DNA of 63,997 nucleotides, counting the filler, from Trypethelium eluteriae (Eukaryota): assembly GCA_051942245.1 (NCBI GenBank). It is 4 parts of 4 records of this genome, joined end to end, with 100 filler letters (N's around TTAATTAATTAA, not from the genome) between each part and the next. Parts side by side here need not be neighbours in the genome. Positions count along the whole stretch, not along the records: positions 16,465 to 32,792 come from JAVECL010000626.1; positions 32,893 to 49,220 come from JAVECL010000627.1; 2 more parts are not named here. One strand, written 5' to 3'. Made by a program: the position numbers and the translations under genes. Shown here one piece after another: positions 25,996 to 38,154 of this stretch. Numbering within the stretch: position 1 is the stretch's first letter; each line of letters begins with the position of its first letter. Below the pieces are notes generated by a model. The model ran no database searches, was not told the DNA's origin, and worked only from the letters and a program-made list of their open reading frames with translations.

Positions 25996-26017
25996 AATCA
26001 TCATCATCATCATCATC
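25996..26017. repeat. (CAT)n microsatellite
   Basis: atcatcatcatcatcatcatc. Confidence 0.9.
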
Positions 26018-27052
26018 GCTTAGGCGCGGCCATGTTGATTGACTTGCAGCAGCTTACCCCATGCTCACATGTCATGCAGGCCAATGCCGCCAGCAGCGGA
26101 CGGAAGGCTCACACATGCATTAGGCGCGCCCAGTTACTTGTGAGCGTCAAGACGTATGCGAACGCGCTCATTTGCCGCCTCTGTTGTAGGCATCTTCCCT
26201 CCTCTCTCCGTACCCCCTCCGTTTGTCTCTCTACCCCCCCGGATCTAGACACCGGACATGGACAAATGGCGTCCGAGGGTGACAGGGAGCTGGGCCAGAT
26301 TCCGCGATCTGGTGGCCGGAAAGTCTCGAGAATTATGGGGCCTCGCGTCTTGAGGGTTTTTTTCGGAACCTTGACGGGTGGCGCCCAACGCCTCCTGCTT
26401 TCCCAAACGAGGGAGGACGTCGAGAACCAGGCAGCCTCTTCCGGAACCATGTCGGCGTTGGCTGGCCCAATTTAGGAAGCATTCTGGGGGTTCCGCAGAG
26501 CCCAGAGCATCAATGTGTGCATTTCCCCAAATTCTCCCCTTACGCGTGGCATGATGCTGCGTTCGGCAGTCGCGAAGCTGCTATTAAGATTTAGATTACG
26601 ATTGCCTCAATGCATGAGTGGAGCGGGAGAAATGCCAACGACCGGTGCCCGGAATAGGGTGGTGATGTCCGTTGGCCTTGTAACGGGTACGCACTCATCC
26701 AGACGTCATGTATCTCCATGTACCACCTGTACCTCCGCCAGCCCTACACGCCAACGGATCACTCGTCAGCCTGGGCTGAACGGATATCGCGTGCTGGGCC
26801 GGGCCTTGATCCTTCAAGAGGAAGTCCTTACGGGATGTGCCCAGAGTGAGACTCAGACATCATGTTATGTACTAGGTAGGTTTCGGCCAGGAGATGCAAC
26901 AGTAATACCGCATGTACTCCCATCTGTTGTGAAGTTAGAAGAGTTTTGGTTCTATGCTCGTCGCTGCTTTCGTCAGTCAACCCTATTACGTGAGTCACAC
27001 AGACGAGGTTCGACTCATCCATGTGGGAGCAATGGACAGTTGGACGATGGGA

Positions 27053-27086
27053 TGCAGTCAACGCAGTCAACGCAGTCAACGCAGTG
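27053..27086. repeat. 9-bp tandem repeat (gcagtcaac), about 3.5 copies
   Basis: gcagtcaacgcagtcaacgcagtcaacgcagt. Confidence 0.9.
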
Positions 27087-27340
27087 ACCCGTCGCTTCTC
27101 TCTAAATCTGGTCATCGGACCTCGATAGTGAGTAGATATTTACAGTAGCCAGGGGCACGTCAGCTGTCGTGATACCTCCACAGCCGCCTCCGCAGACCTT
27201 TACCCCATATTGTTCAAGTGCTGCGACGCGCGACATCTCCTTACTCGTGACCCGTTGGTTGGCCCGTAAGAGCAGACGGGAAATTGTCGCTTGATCTTCG
27301 TCACATCTACAAACGACCTCTCCACTGCCCAACCAACAAC

Positions 27341-30300
27341 ATGGACGCAGCTCAGGCGAGTAGTGATACAACTCCTGCTCCGCCGCCTAGTTCTATCACC
27401 GACGGTGCCGGTAAGTCCTTGTTCTGATGCGCGGCTTCTGGCCACAGGACAGGTCTGTTGCTGGGCTGGCCACCTTGATGCGCTGGCAAAGTCCGTTGCT
27501 GCAAGTCGGTCATCTGCTCACTCCTCCAACCTCTCAGGATCTTCATCAGCCTCTGCGCTGGCCACGTCTCAGCCCGTTCAGTCTACCCCGCGCCGCGCGC
27601 CAAAGGGGAAGAAACAGCAAAGTTGTCGTTACTTTGGCGCAAAGTCCGGTAATGATTGACTTCCTTTTGTGTCCTCGTTATTCGTTGAAAGATATCGTGA
27701 CAACCCCACACTTCCGATTTGCGAATCTCTCTCACGTCAGCCCCATGTTTCTCCTTCTTCCTGTCTCTCAATTCGTTCCCGCAATTGGTGTGGGGGTGGT
27801 CATCAATCCTTCCCTGTACTTCACTACTTCAATACTTCAATTACTCTGTTCTGTCACCGGACCTAGGGGACGAGCTGCTAACGTACCGTTCCATGCATTC
27901 TAGGCTGCAGGGCTGGCGACGCTTGTCCTTATCTTCACGATGTCACCAAGCTGCCGGAACATGTCCAATCTACTGAGCACAACCCGTCTCGCAAGTCAGG
28001 GGCAGCAAGGCCTCCAAATTCCGAAACTGCGAGGCCATCATCTTCTCAGCATCAGCTGAATGGTCCGGCTCCTGCCGGGGCATTCAACTCAGACTCCCAA
28101 GCCTCACAACATGGCGCGCCTGCCGCTGACCCGGAGCGCATCGTTGGAAGGCCCGTCCCCCGGAAGCAGCTTGAGGATCCGCGAGAGTTCCAAATCGGTC
28201 AGATACGGCGCCGCTTCGGGCCGTCTGAGCAAGCAGATGGGGATGCACTCGCTCTCATCTTCAAGATGACTCCTTTAGATCCGGACTTTCCGTTTGATAT
28301 CACTGCACTGGAATGCAAACTTTCTGTACCATCAGCTTATCCGGAAAGCGGCAATCCTAGATTACGAATCCTGAATAAGGAGATGGGCCGTGGGTATCAG
28401 ATCAACGTCGAGAAAGGGTTTGACGACTTGTTCTCGAGCAATCCTAACGCTACTCTTCTCGGTCTCATGAACAGACTCGACCAGCAGCTCGAGCGGCTGT
28501 TATCTATGGAGAAGGCTGATACGGTCAAATTAGTGTCAAACACACGTCCTCTGGTGTCTGTACAAGAGAGTCTGCGCCAACGCAGTCCAGCAGTCCAAAC
28601 CGAGTCAACTGCTAGTACGGCTCCAACATCTCGCGAGCCTCAGTATACCTCTGAGCAGAAGCAGAGAGCTCAGATGAAGCGCGAAGCTGATGTTCGTCAG
28701 CTCGAAGCGCGTATGGGTAGGCTTCCGCTGTTCGAAAAGCATTCAGACGGAATTTCCTTTACCGTTCCTATTGAACCTCGTAAACGATCTGATCTCCCTG
28801 TTCCCCTTCAAGCAATCAAGCAAGTCAATTTGATCGTTCCAGTCCTTTACAATCTCAATCCCTGCCGCATAGAGCTAGAAGGGGTCAGTAAAGAAGCAGC
28901 AATCAACGTCGAGAAAGCTTTTGAGCTAAAAGCTATGGAGAGTCGAGAGGCAACACTACTAAGTTTCATTAATAATCTAACGCAGAACATGCATATCATG
29001 GCAACTACTGTCTCGAGAGACACCTCCACAGAAAGCCCAGATCTCTCGCAATTGAGCATAGATCAGGCACAAATCAAATCCGACAAAGACGCCAGGCCCA
29101 TCTCCAAGGTTACCGGAGAAGATGACGACCGAAATCATATCAAGATCATTCCTCGACCGCCTGAGTGGACGACCGCTGGTGAGGACAGTGATAGCAGTTC
29201 TGGTTCTTATACGTCCGACTCTGAGTACGAAAGTGTTGGAGAGGAAGAAGCCTCGGGTGAGGACAGAACGACTTCGAGTGCCCCAACTACTATAGAACGA
29301 GGCATCATGGTCTCATTCCCCTTTCTGGAGCTTCATGGTATTGAACTTCTCGAGCTTGTCTCCCTTAGCATTACCATCAAGTGTGAACGCTGCAAGGACA
29401 TCAAAGATATCAATAACATGAAGAACAACGTAAACGGAGACGCCTCAGGGATGCGTTCGGACTCGTGTAAAAAATGCGCCAATCCATTTGAAGCTGGGTA
29501 CCGGATGGATCTAATGCATGCAAACTCCGTACGCGCGGGTTACCTGGATTTAGAGGGCTGTACAGTCGTCGACATGTTGCCAAGGTATAGTTGATCCAAC
29601 CTCTAGAGATGTCTTGCAAGAACCGTCTCACTCAGACATGATGTGATAGCCATTTCATTCCTACATGTGCTGAATGTTCAACGCCACACCCCACTCCAGG
29701 AGTTGTTTCTGTACGAGGCGAATCTACGATGGCCATTTGCCGCGAGTGCCACAAGAGAATGAGTGAGTCAATCTCCAGACGGCTCTCAACGATTCTCTTA
29801 GCTTCATACTAATGTGGTGTGCTATCCAAAGCTTTCCGCCTTCCTGAAATTAAGTTCCTCCTTGTAAGTACTGCTACGATACGAGCCAGTCGAGCGCCAC
29901 CAAAAAAGAGACCAAAAGAGAAACTGGGGATCGTGGCTGGACAAGAGCTTCCTCGCAGGGGACGATGTGCTCATTACGGAAAATCGTACCGATGGTTTCG
30001 GTACGGGTTTGACTCTTGCTAACATTGGGATGAAAGGCTTACAAACCCGCAGATTTTCTTGCTGCAGCAAGGTTTTTGCTTGTGACAAGTACGTTGTGTC
30101 CTGACAAACCTTGAGGCGTTGTGCCACATCTAATTAGACATGGCCTGATACTAATTTCCCCCAACCATATGTTGACTGCAAGGTACTGATACTCAACAGA
30201 TGCCATGACGAAGCCTCTGACCACCCCAATGAACATGCAAATAGAATGATCTGGTATGTGCTTTCTTCCATGTCCGTAACCCCGCCTCAACGGTTGCCGA

Positions 30301-31691
30301 CTATCAACTGCCCTCTATATTCCCCGCATCAGACCAATAATTCCCTATCTGAGTTTGGCGGACCTCTCCACCGACAAATCCTCCGACTGTCACGATGATT
30401 AGTAGCTTACCACACCTCGCTTGAGCATGATTGCTGGCTGGCATGGTAAAACATTGACCCTGAGATAATTACGGCGTCGGCGCGTCCGCCGGCGTTTCCC
30501 ACGCTAAGCATTTCAATCACAATGAGGCGTTCTTGAACCATGACCATGCTTAAGAATAAAGCTATTTGGATTGGTTTTGCTAACTTTCTTTGCCTTGTCC
30601 TCTAGTGGCTTCTGTAAGTCTACCTAATGACTAGATGGCTTCATGTACCGGTACTTAGCGTAGAACTGACGGCGAAATAGGTTCACGCGAACAAAACTAT
30701 CGTCCAGAAGATTGCGGGATCTGTCATTCGACCGTCATTGGTAAAAAGGGAACAGGATTCTGGGAAGGCGGAAAAGGTACGTATTACGTACATGTCTACA
30801 CCGTCTGCTCCGTCTGCACTCCCATTTCACTGCGTTCGACCTCATCCCACGCTCATTCCCGGGTTTGCTTTTAACGCACATCATGCGTATTCCGTTACCG
30901 ATCCCTGCGCGTTCATCACATACCACGGATAACCCTGCTCCGCCATTACCATCTGGGGCGTTTCACCCTATTTGTGCTTTCTCCAGCCATCGACGTTCTT
31001 TACCACATCTAGATTCCGTCTCACAATGCCATCTCCTTTATCTACGATGAGGTGATCAGATGACGATCCCGGGTCTGTGGATGAGTCGCCCATCGCGTCC
31101 GCGCCCGGCTCGTCGATCGCTGCACAGCCGTTGCATGACCCGCAAACGCCAAAATTCTGGTTATGACCCGTCGTCTCCAGGGTCTAGGGGAGTCGGAAGC
31201 GCCACCCTATGGTGCTATAAGGACTTTTTTTGCTCCGGAGAATATGCCCACATGGACGCCAGTCGCAATATTCGCTGTATTTACGTCGCGTCACCGCGTC
31301 GCGATCGCCAAACGCGCCTTGCGCGTGCTTGACAACGGCATTCTGGACTGCCTGGACTTCCCAATTGATCGCTCCTGCGGCTTTTTTCTCTGTCATCTCA
31401 CCTTCCCTACCTCCGTGTCATGCTCTTTCCTTATTGATCCGCGAACTTTGCTTTTGTGATGCCATCCTGGCGTACTTTGGAACGGTAGCTGACGGATCGT
31501 AATGAAGGTACACGGGACAAGCTTCGCATGTCGCGCAAAGGTAACGATTCTGTACACACCCCACGTCCCCGGTTTCCTGCTTTACTGACGGTCATGGCTC
31601 CGCAGATCCGAGGAAGTACAAACGTCGTCAGACGAACAAGTCTACAAGCCGGGGCGAGGCTTTGTCGCACCAGAAGCAGAAGCATGCGTAA
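27341..31691 (+). CDS. CCCH zinc finger + CHY zinc finger protein, many introns
   Basis: Spliced model: MDAAQ...; CRYF..GCRAGDACPYLH; DPDFPF; CERC/CKKC; GRCAHYGKSYRWFR|FSCCSKVFACDK|CHDEASDHPNEHANRMI|CGFC|SREQNYRPEDCGIC...GFWEGGK|GTRDKLRMSRK|DPRKYKRR...HA*. Splice phases are consistent. Confidence 0.9.
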
Positions 31692-32033
31692 CGTGATATG
31701 TGGAGGGACTGGTATCCTGTGCGCCTTCGTCGGCTAAGGTAGGTAATTTCTTGGGTGCACGACATGCAGGTACGCGAAGGAAAGTACAACCTTAATATGT
31801 TTCTCAAACACCACGCGAAGCCTGTGTATCGTAGCTATAACATATCAATCCTTCAAATTTTACGTTTCACAACATCTCGGGAACGCAGGTGACGCGCTCG
31901 TGGCCCCGTGCTATAAAGATAGCCCTGAGAGACTGCACTTTGTGGTGGCGCTTCATTACATTTCATATCTATATATACAAGCTCGACTCCTCAGCAATAT
32001 ATGCGACCACGAAGTCACCCAGGTGGCCTAGTG

Positions 32034-32238
32034 GTAAGACGCGCTTGATAAAACTCCGCCCTCCAGCTAGTAATCGGGGTTAACACTCGGTGTTCCTATC
32101 TATGCGTTGACGTTGGTTGGTTTATGGAATGACTCCAGGGGTTTTTTATAGGGCCTTCGGGCCTGAACTTTTGCTATTTCTAGTTCCCTTTCTTTTTACT
32201 GCTCTAATATGAAGCCTGCTAACATTTCTGTTTTGTAG
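32034..32238 (+). ncRNA. Putative intron of a non-coding host transcript containing a structured, C/D snoRNA-like RNA (~32045-32166)
   Basis: GTAAGA donor, GCTAAC branch site, TTTTGTAG acceptor and upstream TATAAA, with no convincing ORF; box C-like TTGATAA, gggcc-TTCG-ggcct hairpin and CTGA 72 nt before the 3' splice site. Confidence 0.5.
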
Positions 32239-32792
32239 CTTTTGCGTACTCGCGTGCGATGCGAGGAGACCGCCTCCCATTTCTTGGCCTGTGAGTAGCA
32301 AGTGTGAGATGCGAGTTAAGTCAGTGAATGACTACTTCAGCCGGATGCCCAGTTCCTGCTTGGTTCAAGTCCCAGTGATACCGATTTGTTTTTCTTTTGT
32401 TTTATATTTGCCTTTGTAGGCAAGTAACGGTGTCCCTCGTCGTGGTGTGTTTGCTTCAGTATCGATTCGAGGGTGGTCCACAGGCCAGTTGTCGAAACAT
32501 GCATTGTATTCAACAATGCTACAGTACTATGACTGTTCATCGGTCCCTATAGATGCAACTTCGACCCATTAGCTTTCTATTAATCCCTCTAGATTTTGGC
32601 CCATGCGGTCTATCCACAGGACCTATGAATTTATAGTACAGGCTAGAGCGCGCGCAAGCTCCTGCTTCACAACGTGCATCTCGTGCCCAGATAGTCAGCT
32701 ATTTTTGATTCCCAGATCGTCCTCAAGCATTCACAGTCAGCACTATCGCCTTCTTCCCCTTCCCCTTCCCTTCCAACAACATCTCCAAGCCC

Positions 32793-32892
32793 NNNNNNNN
32801 NNNNNNNNNNNNNNNNNNNNNNNNNNNNNNNNNNNNTTAATTAATTAANNNNNNNNNNNNNNNNNNNNNNNNNNNNNNNNNNNNNNNNNNNN
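32793..32892. other. Assembly spacer
   Basis: N44-TTAATTAATTAA-N44. Confidence 0.98.
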
Positions 32893-34278
32893 CGTACAAA
32901 CCCCATGCCCCCCATCCATTCAATCGCGCTCCCACTCACCCTCCCCGCGACCTGACTCGAAAATAGCTTCGCCATCGCCGCATCCGCCACAAACTCCTCG
33001 CCCGCCTCCTTCTTCCTCGCCGCATTATACACCAGTCCCCTCGCCGCCTGGATCTCCGTATACGCCTGGGCAAGCTGATGCTGCATGCCCTGAAACTCAC
33101 CAACCAGCTTCCCAAACTGGCGCCGATCATTCCACACATACCTCGCCGCGTTCTCCCACGCCCCGAGCGCCAAGCCCGTCATCTGCGCCGCGATGCCGAT
33201 GCGGCCCTCGTTCAGGAGGCCGATGGCGTACTTGTAGCCCTCGCCTTCGCGGCCGAGCAGCGCCGACGCCGGGAGGTGGACGTCGTCGAGGGTGATGACG
33301 CAGGTGGAAGACGCCTTGATGCCGAGTTTCTTCTCTTTCTTTGCGATCGCGAACCCCGGCGTGTCGCGTGGGAGGAGGAAGGCGCTGATGCCTTTGTAGC
33401 CGGCGGAGGGGTCGAGGTTCGCGAAGACGAGGAAGAAGCCGGCTTCGAGGCTGTTGGTGATCCACATCTTGCTGCCGGAGAGGAGGTAGGAGCCGTCGGG
33501 TTGCTTGGTGGCGCGGGTTTTGAGCGCGAAGGCGTCGGAGCCGGAGATGGGTTCGGAGAGGCAGAAGGAGCCTGGGAGGAGGATGGGTTTAGCTTTGCAG
33601 GTCTATATCGGACTGATAGGGAGGAGTGGCGTAGTTTGAGGATGGAAGCTTAGAAGCAGACAGGGCATACCAATGGTATTCGTAGCGAGTTGTGGTAACC
33701 AATCCTTTTTCGTCTTTTCACTGCCATACTTCAAGATTGCCGTGTTTACCAACGTATTGTGAACGTCTGTCATGACGCTCACACTTGGATCAACTCGTGC
33801 CAGCTCCTCAATCGCCACAATGGCAGCAGTAAAGTTCATGCCCGCACCGCCGTACTCTTCTGGGATCTCAATGCCCATCAGTCCTTGCTCAAAACATTGT
33901 TCGATGATCTCTGGATCCATTTTCTCTGCTTCATCCATTTCTCTTGATTTGGGAAGAATGACTTCGGAAGCGAATTTGGAAACTTGGTCTTTCATTAAGG
34001 CCTCTGTCTCGGAAAGGTGCGTAATTGGCGTAGGAGGGATGTCGGTTATGTCCAAAGGTTCGCCTTTGGTGACGATCTGGTGGCATGAACATGTCGTGGA
34101 TATTGTCCGGGTCCTATATGAGACTCATGAGCAAATTTTTCGCACGTATAATTCTCGCACTGCTCATTTACTGTTGTTTCCGAGCCCACGGAAGCGGTCT
34201 CCTACAAGCCGAGAGCTTTGGTGTTCGCACAGTAGAGCGAGCCAGAGCCCGCATAAAGGGCCGGCTGGACGATGCCAT
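32893..34278 (-). CDS. Short/branched-chain acyl-CoA dehydrogenase (ACADSB-like), 3' end lost in the gap
   Basis: Mitochondrial presequence MASSSRPFMRALAR; GLMGIEIPEEYGGAG, EELARVD, FCLSEP, GSKMWITN, KEKKLGIKASSTC, LNEGRIGIAAQ, RRQFG, WMGGMGF; 2 introns. Confidence 0.95.
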
Positions 34279-34844
34279 TGTCTCACACAGTTTTTAGGGA
34301 AGGAAAATTCTAAACTGGATGTGTATAAAGAGCAGAGGGTACGTTGGGTTACATTGGTACTTTACTCGCATGTGACAAGGATCGGGGCCGCAATCTGGGT
34401 GGCTCGGTTATCCTCGGCGTCTGCTGAGTAAAGGCACGCGACGATGACGATCCCCATGTGCTCCGAAGTGATAGAACTCTCATTTCTCTAATTACAATGC
34501 TTAGCAGGTAAAGGGTCCATCTACAGCTGATGGAAGAGAAGTGTAAATTCCGCCGCAAATGACCAGATTGGTTTTCTGATGTTCTGACCTTGCCTTCAAC
34601 CTCATGTCTAATCATCGGACACAAGTGAGAAGTGTAAGCAAGCACAAGTAAGGAAAAGCAAGTAGAAGCAATTGAGAATCCTGTAAAAGCAAGTCATCAC
34701 CATAGTGTATTCCACGCCAGGTCCATGCAAGTCTTCATGCTGCATCAAGACCATGGTACGTCATCGTATCGTAAAAAGTCTAATCGTATCATCATTCTCA
34801 ACTTCATCGTTTCGTCTGTCGTAATTCATCAATCTCCCTTGTGT

Positions 34845-37800
34845 TCAGAGCTCCTCCTCACGGTCGCGTATACTACCACCAGTGCTACTGAGACCGACTC
34901 CCGATTGCCAATTTGTTCCGTCGCGGCACTTGGCGGCATTGTACGAATGTTGACGAGTGATCAAGCGATTCTCCCCCGAGGGAGAGGAGCGACCTTTATT
35001 CGGGGTCTGGAGAGAGCGTAGCTTTTCTCGAATGTCTGCCAAGCTTTTGGACGGCGAGGGCGGGACGTGACTCCAGCTCACAGTGAGCGGTTTCAACCCT
35101 GGAATCTGGAAACCAGGAGGCAGCTGGGGAGGTGGGCCGGTCTGTACTGGAATTTGGAAACCAGGAGGGGGCGGAGGAGGAGAGGGGACGACGTTTGGCG
35201 CAGCCGTATTAGTGTAAGATGTTTCTGGATTTCGAGCCTTGTGAAGGGGCTCTGTATTTGCACCGGTCTTTGGGGGCGCGAGGCGCCAGTCAAATATCCC
35301 TCCAGCGATCGCAACCCTCACTTGACGACCCATGAGCATCTTGCCTGACAACTCTTGAACAGCTGTCTGGGCGTCCCCCAAGGATGGTAAGTTGAGTACC
35401 GTTTCAAAGCCCGTAGCATTACCAGCGGTTGAGGGTCTGATCGTCAATTCGACGGTTTCACTGACGAGTGGATCATTAGCTTGCGTTTGTATGTTGAGGA
35501 CGAAAGCTTTACTCACATATTCCATTTCCCGAAAAAAGCCCTAATATCCTGGCCGGTAGTATATCGCGAGAGATTTCCAACACGTATTGCACAGGGTTCC
35601 TCGAATACAGGTTCGCGGAGCATCTTCTGCCGAGCAACATGCATGTACGGCTCAGGCGGACCCATGTTATTCGGGTAGCCAGGTGATTGCAGAGCTAAAC
35701 CAGTAGAGCCTGGCTGAGTGAGTTCCGTGGAGGCGCACCCTGATGTTTCTTGTGACGCTATGAAGGGGTTCTTGCGCGCAATTCTGAAGGGGTTTCTGCG
35801 AGGAATCCTGAAGCGTTTGACATCCGGGTGATTGTTCCCAAGGGCTTGATACGCCTTCAGGCCATCGTATTGACGATGGAGCTGCGGATTGTCCAACCAC
35901 ACCTTGCGGCGAAAAGCTTGCTCTGGATTTTCAAGATCAAGTTTGGTTCTTCTATGGCGATAAGCCGTTTCAGATAGCTCTTCCGGTTGTGAATGATTGC
36001 CAGTCTTCAATGAATTTCCGAGCGAGTTATGTAAAGGGCCAAGAGACAGTGTCTATGAGCTGTAAGCACGAGGAATCGAAGTACGATAGTTGATGATCGC
36101 GAGATAATTTCTGCGAACACGTTCATACGAATGAGGGTCTGCAAAGTTGGCTACGCGATCATTATGGTGCGAATGCATGTCTACGAAAGCGATTCCCGCC
36201 TGTGCCATGCGTTGCTGCACTATTAAGGGCTGGAGTGTTGTGGATTGGTGTCCACCTACCACACTTCGACTTTCACTTGTACTGTGGTGGGAAGCTTCCG
36301 TAGCGCTAGCTGCGTCAGAAGTCTCCTGTTCGTGAGGTCTCTTGAGTACAACAGCATGCCTGTCTGGAAACTTGCGAAGCATTGCCTGATCGTGCGCGAA
36401 CACGTCAGAGGAGCAATGGGCTCCGAACAGTGTTTGCATGCTTGTCTCAAGAGACCAAGACTTTTCATCCACAGTGCAAGGGAACACGTCTTTTGGTTGG
36501 AACAAGGCCAGCAATTGGCAGAGCTCTTCATACGATGAATGACGTGAATAAGGGAATGTCTACAAATGTTAGAGATGTTACTTGAGTGAGATAGTCTCCG
36601 GGAACTTTGTCCAGGAGACAGAGTGCAATATAATACTCACAATGACCTCTGGCAATTTTGCTGCATTTTTAGCTGATGTCGACGCCTGCGATGTTGGCAA
36701 TTTTGATGATCGCAACGAGGCCTGATATGAGTTCCGTGCCTTGGTCTCAGCAACTTCAGCTAAGATGGGCACAAAGTCGCGTAAAGACATGTCATCCGTG
36801 ATAGGCAAATTGGACGTCAAGGTCAAGTTGTAAGAACCTTTCTCAGGTATCTTGGCAACCAGCATGCCAAGTACTTTTGCAAGTTTTTCTGCATCGTGAA
36901 TCGAGGCGGCGCAGATGGACATGAGCTGCCCGACTGACTCATTGTCAGTGATCTCAAGTTCATGAGCTTGCTTGAGATCACCAAAACCGCCACCAGCCCC
37001 TTGTTCTTCCACTTCCGTGCCGTCCTCGAATCGAGAGATAATCGGAAGGATTCGTACAACCTTCCGATTATCTTCAAATATCGGGCACGGAGTTCCACGC
37101 TCACAACTGTGAATGCGAGGATACGTGCCCTGAGTCAAGCGACCCATTTGGAATCGATTGCCATACTGAAATCCGCCTAACACAGCGGCCTCGCCCGAAG
37201 GATACGTCTTGCCCAGGTTGTTGTAGAGCTCGCCTCGGTAACGGTCGACATGAATTTCGCAATTCAGCGCCGTTGTCAGGGCAATCCAGACATCTTCGTA
37301 CCCGAAGGTCCAAGTGTCAAAGTGAAATACAGTGTCGCCTGGGTACTCTTTGATTTGGGTAAGCAAGTCACAAATGCCGTCACGCTTGCTAGGAAATTGA
37401 CGGAAAATGTCTTTCTTGGTGGCAAATGTTGTATCAAGATAGATGCAATCAATGGTCCTCAAGCCTTTCGTATAGGGCAACAGGACAGGATGGCGAGCAA
37501 GCTGTTGACACCACCAGCTTTCTGCGCGCAGATCGCCAGTATAAAGCACTGCCTTGCCGTTGCCCTCGAAAAGGAACATGACTGCACCAGGACAATGGTT
37601 TGCATCAAAGAGCGTGACGCGAACATTTTCTGTGGGACTCAGTTCGATAGTCGTTGGCGTGTTAAGTGGGAGTGGCTTGGCAAGATTTCCCAGATGCCCA
37701 TATGTTTGAACACGGCCCTCGAGTATCCCTTTCGTAAAATTCAAGCGATGAGGGCGCTTCTCAAGTTTCAAGAGTAACTACTTCGGTGTTAGTGAAGGTT

Positions 37801-38154
37801 CGCAATGTGTAACAAACTTCCAGAGTGGAAAGCGCAGGCAATCTCAGTGATGTCATAGTGCGGAAAAGCGTCAAGGCAAATCATTAGAATGCAAGATACC
37901 CAAGAGTAGTATCTCACCTCGCGAGTAGCATACGAGCAGTAGATGAAAGGGGCCCTGATGGACTCAAGGCCCTGCAGGTGGTCCGAATGAACATGGGACA
38001 AGAAGTATGCGAGTGGCGGGATGATGTCGGGAACTGTCCTGAAATAGTCGACGCGTATTTCAGGAAATTCTAGTGGCTGTCAGAAAACACTAGCTTCTCG
38101 AGATCAGAGAAGCGATTCATGATTACCTGGGACGACGCCGTTGAAAGTGGACAT
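34845..38154 (-). CDS. Artemis/SNM1-family MBL/beta-CASP DNA repair nuclease, probably extending through an RRM domain to 34845
   Basis: MSTFNG, LSHVHSDHLQGL, FDANHCPGAVMFLF, LYTGDLRAE, YLDTT, WTFGYE, FPYSRHSSYEEL. The core (~36053-38154) is secure; the extension to 34845 is inferred from frame continuity, splice sites and the C-terminal motif. Confidence 0.8.
35300..35600 (-). other. RRM-like domain coding segment, split by intron ~35461-35516
   Basis: IRVGNLSRYTTGQDIRAFF (RNP2 plus helix 1) ... DAQTAVQELSGKMLMGRQVRVAIA (helix 2/beta4); gtgagt...gctaat...cag intron keeps the frame. Confidence 0.75.

Noticed and set aside
22305..27086. Short repeats as a CRISPR-like array
   Set aside because: Head-to-tail microsatellites without spacers in a eukaryotic genome.
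25921..27087. 184-aa and 190-aa ORFs including a His run
   Set aside because: Non-ATG starts, Arg/Cys/Ser-rich random composition; the His run is a CAT microsatellite.
32016..32092. tRNA-like start (TGGCCTAGTGGTAA, A-box-like)
   Set aside because: No proper anticodon stem or TTCRA T-loop; better explained as an exon/5' splice-site junction.
36053..36055. A-to-I edited or read-through premature stop in the Artemis-like gene
   Set aside because: Not excluded, but a phase-compatible intron ending at this TAG is the simpler explanation.
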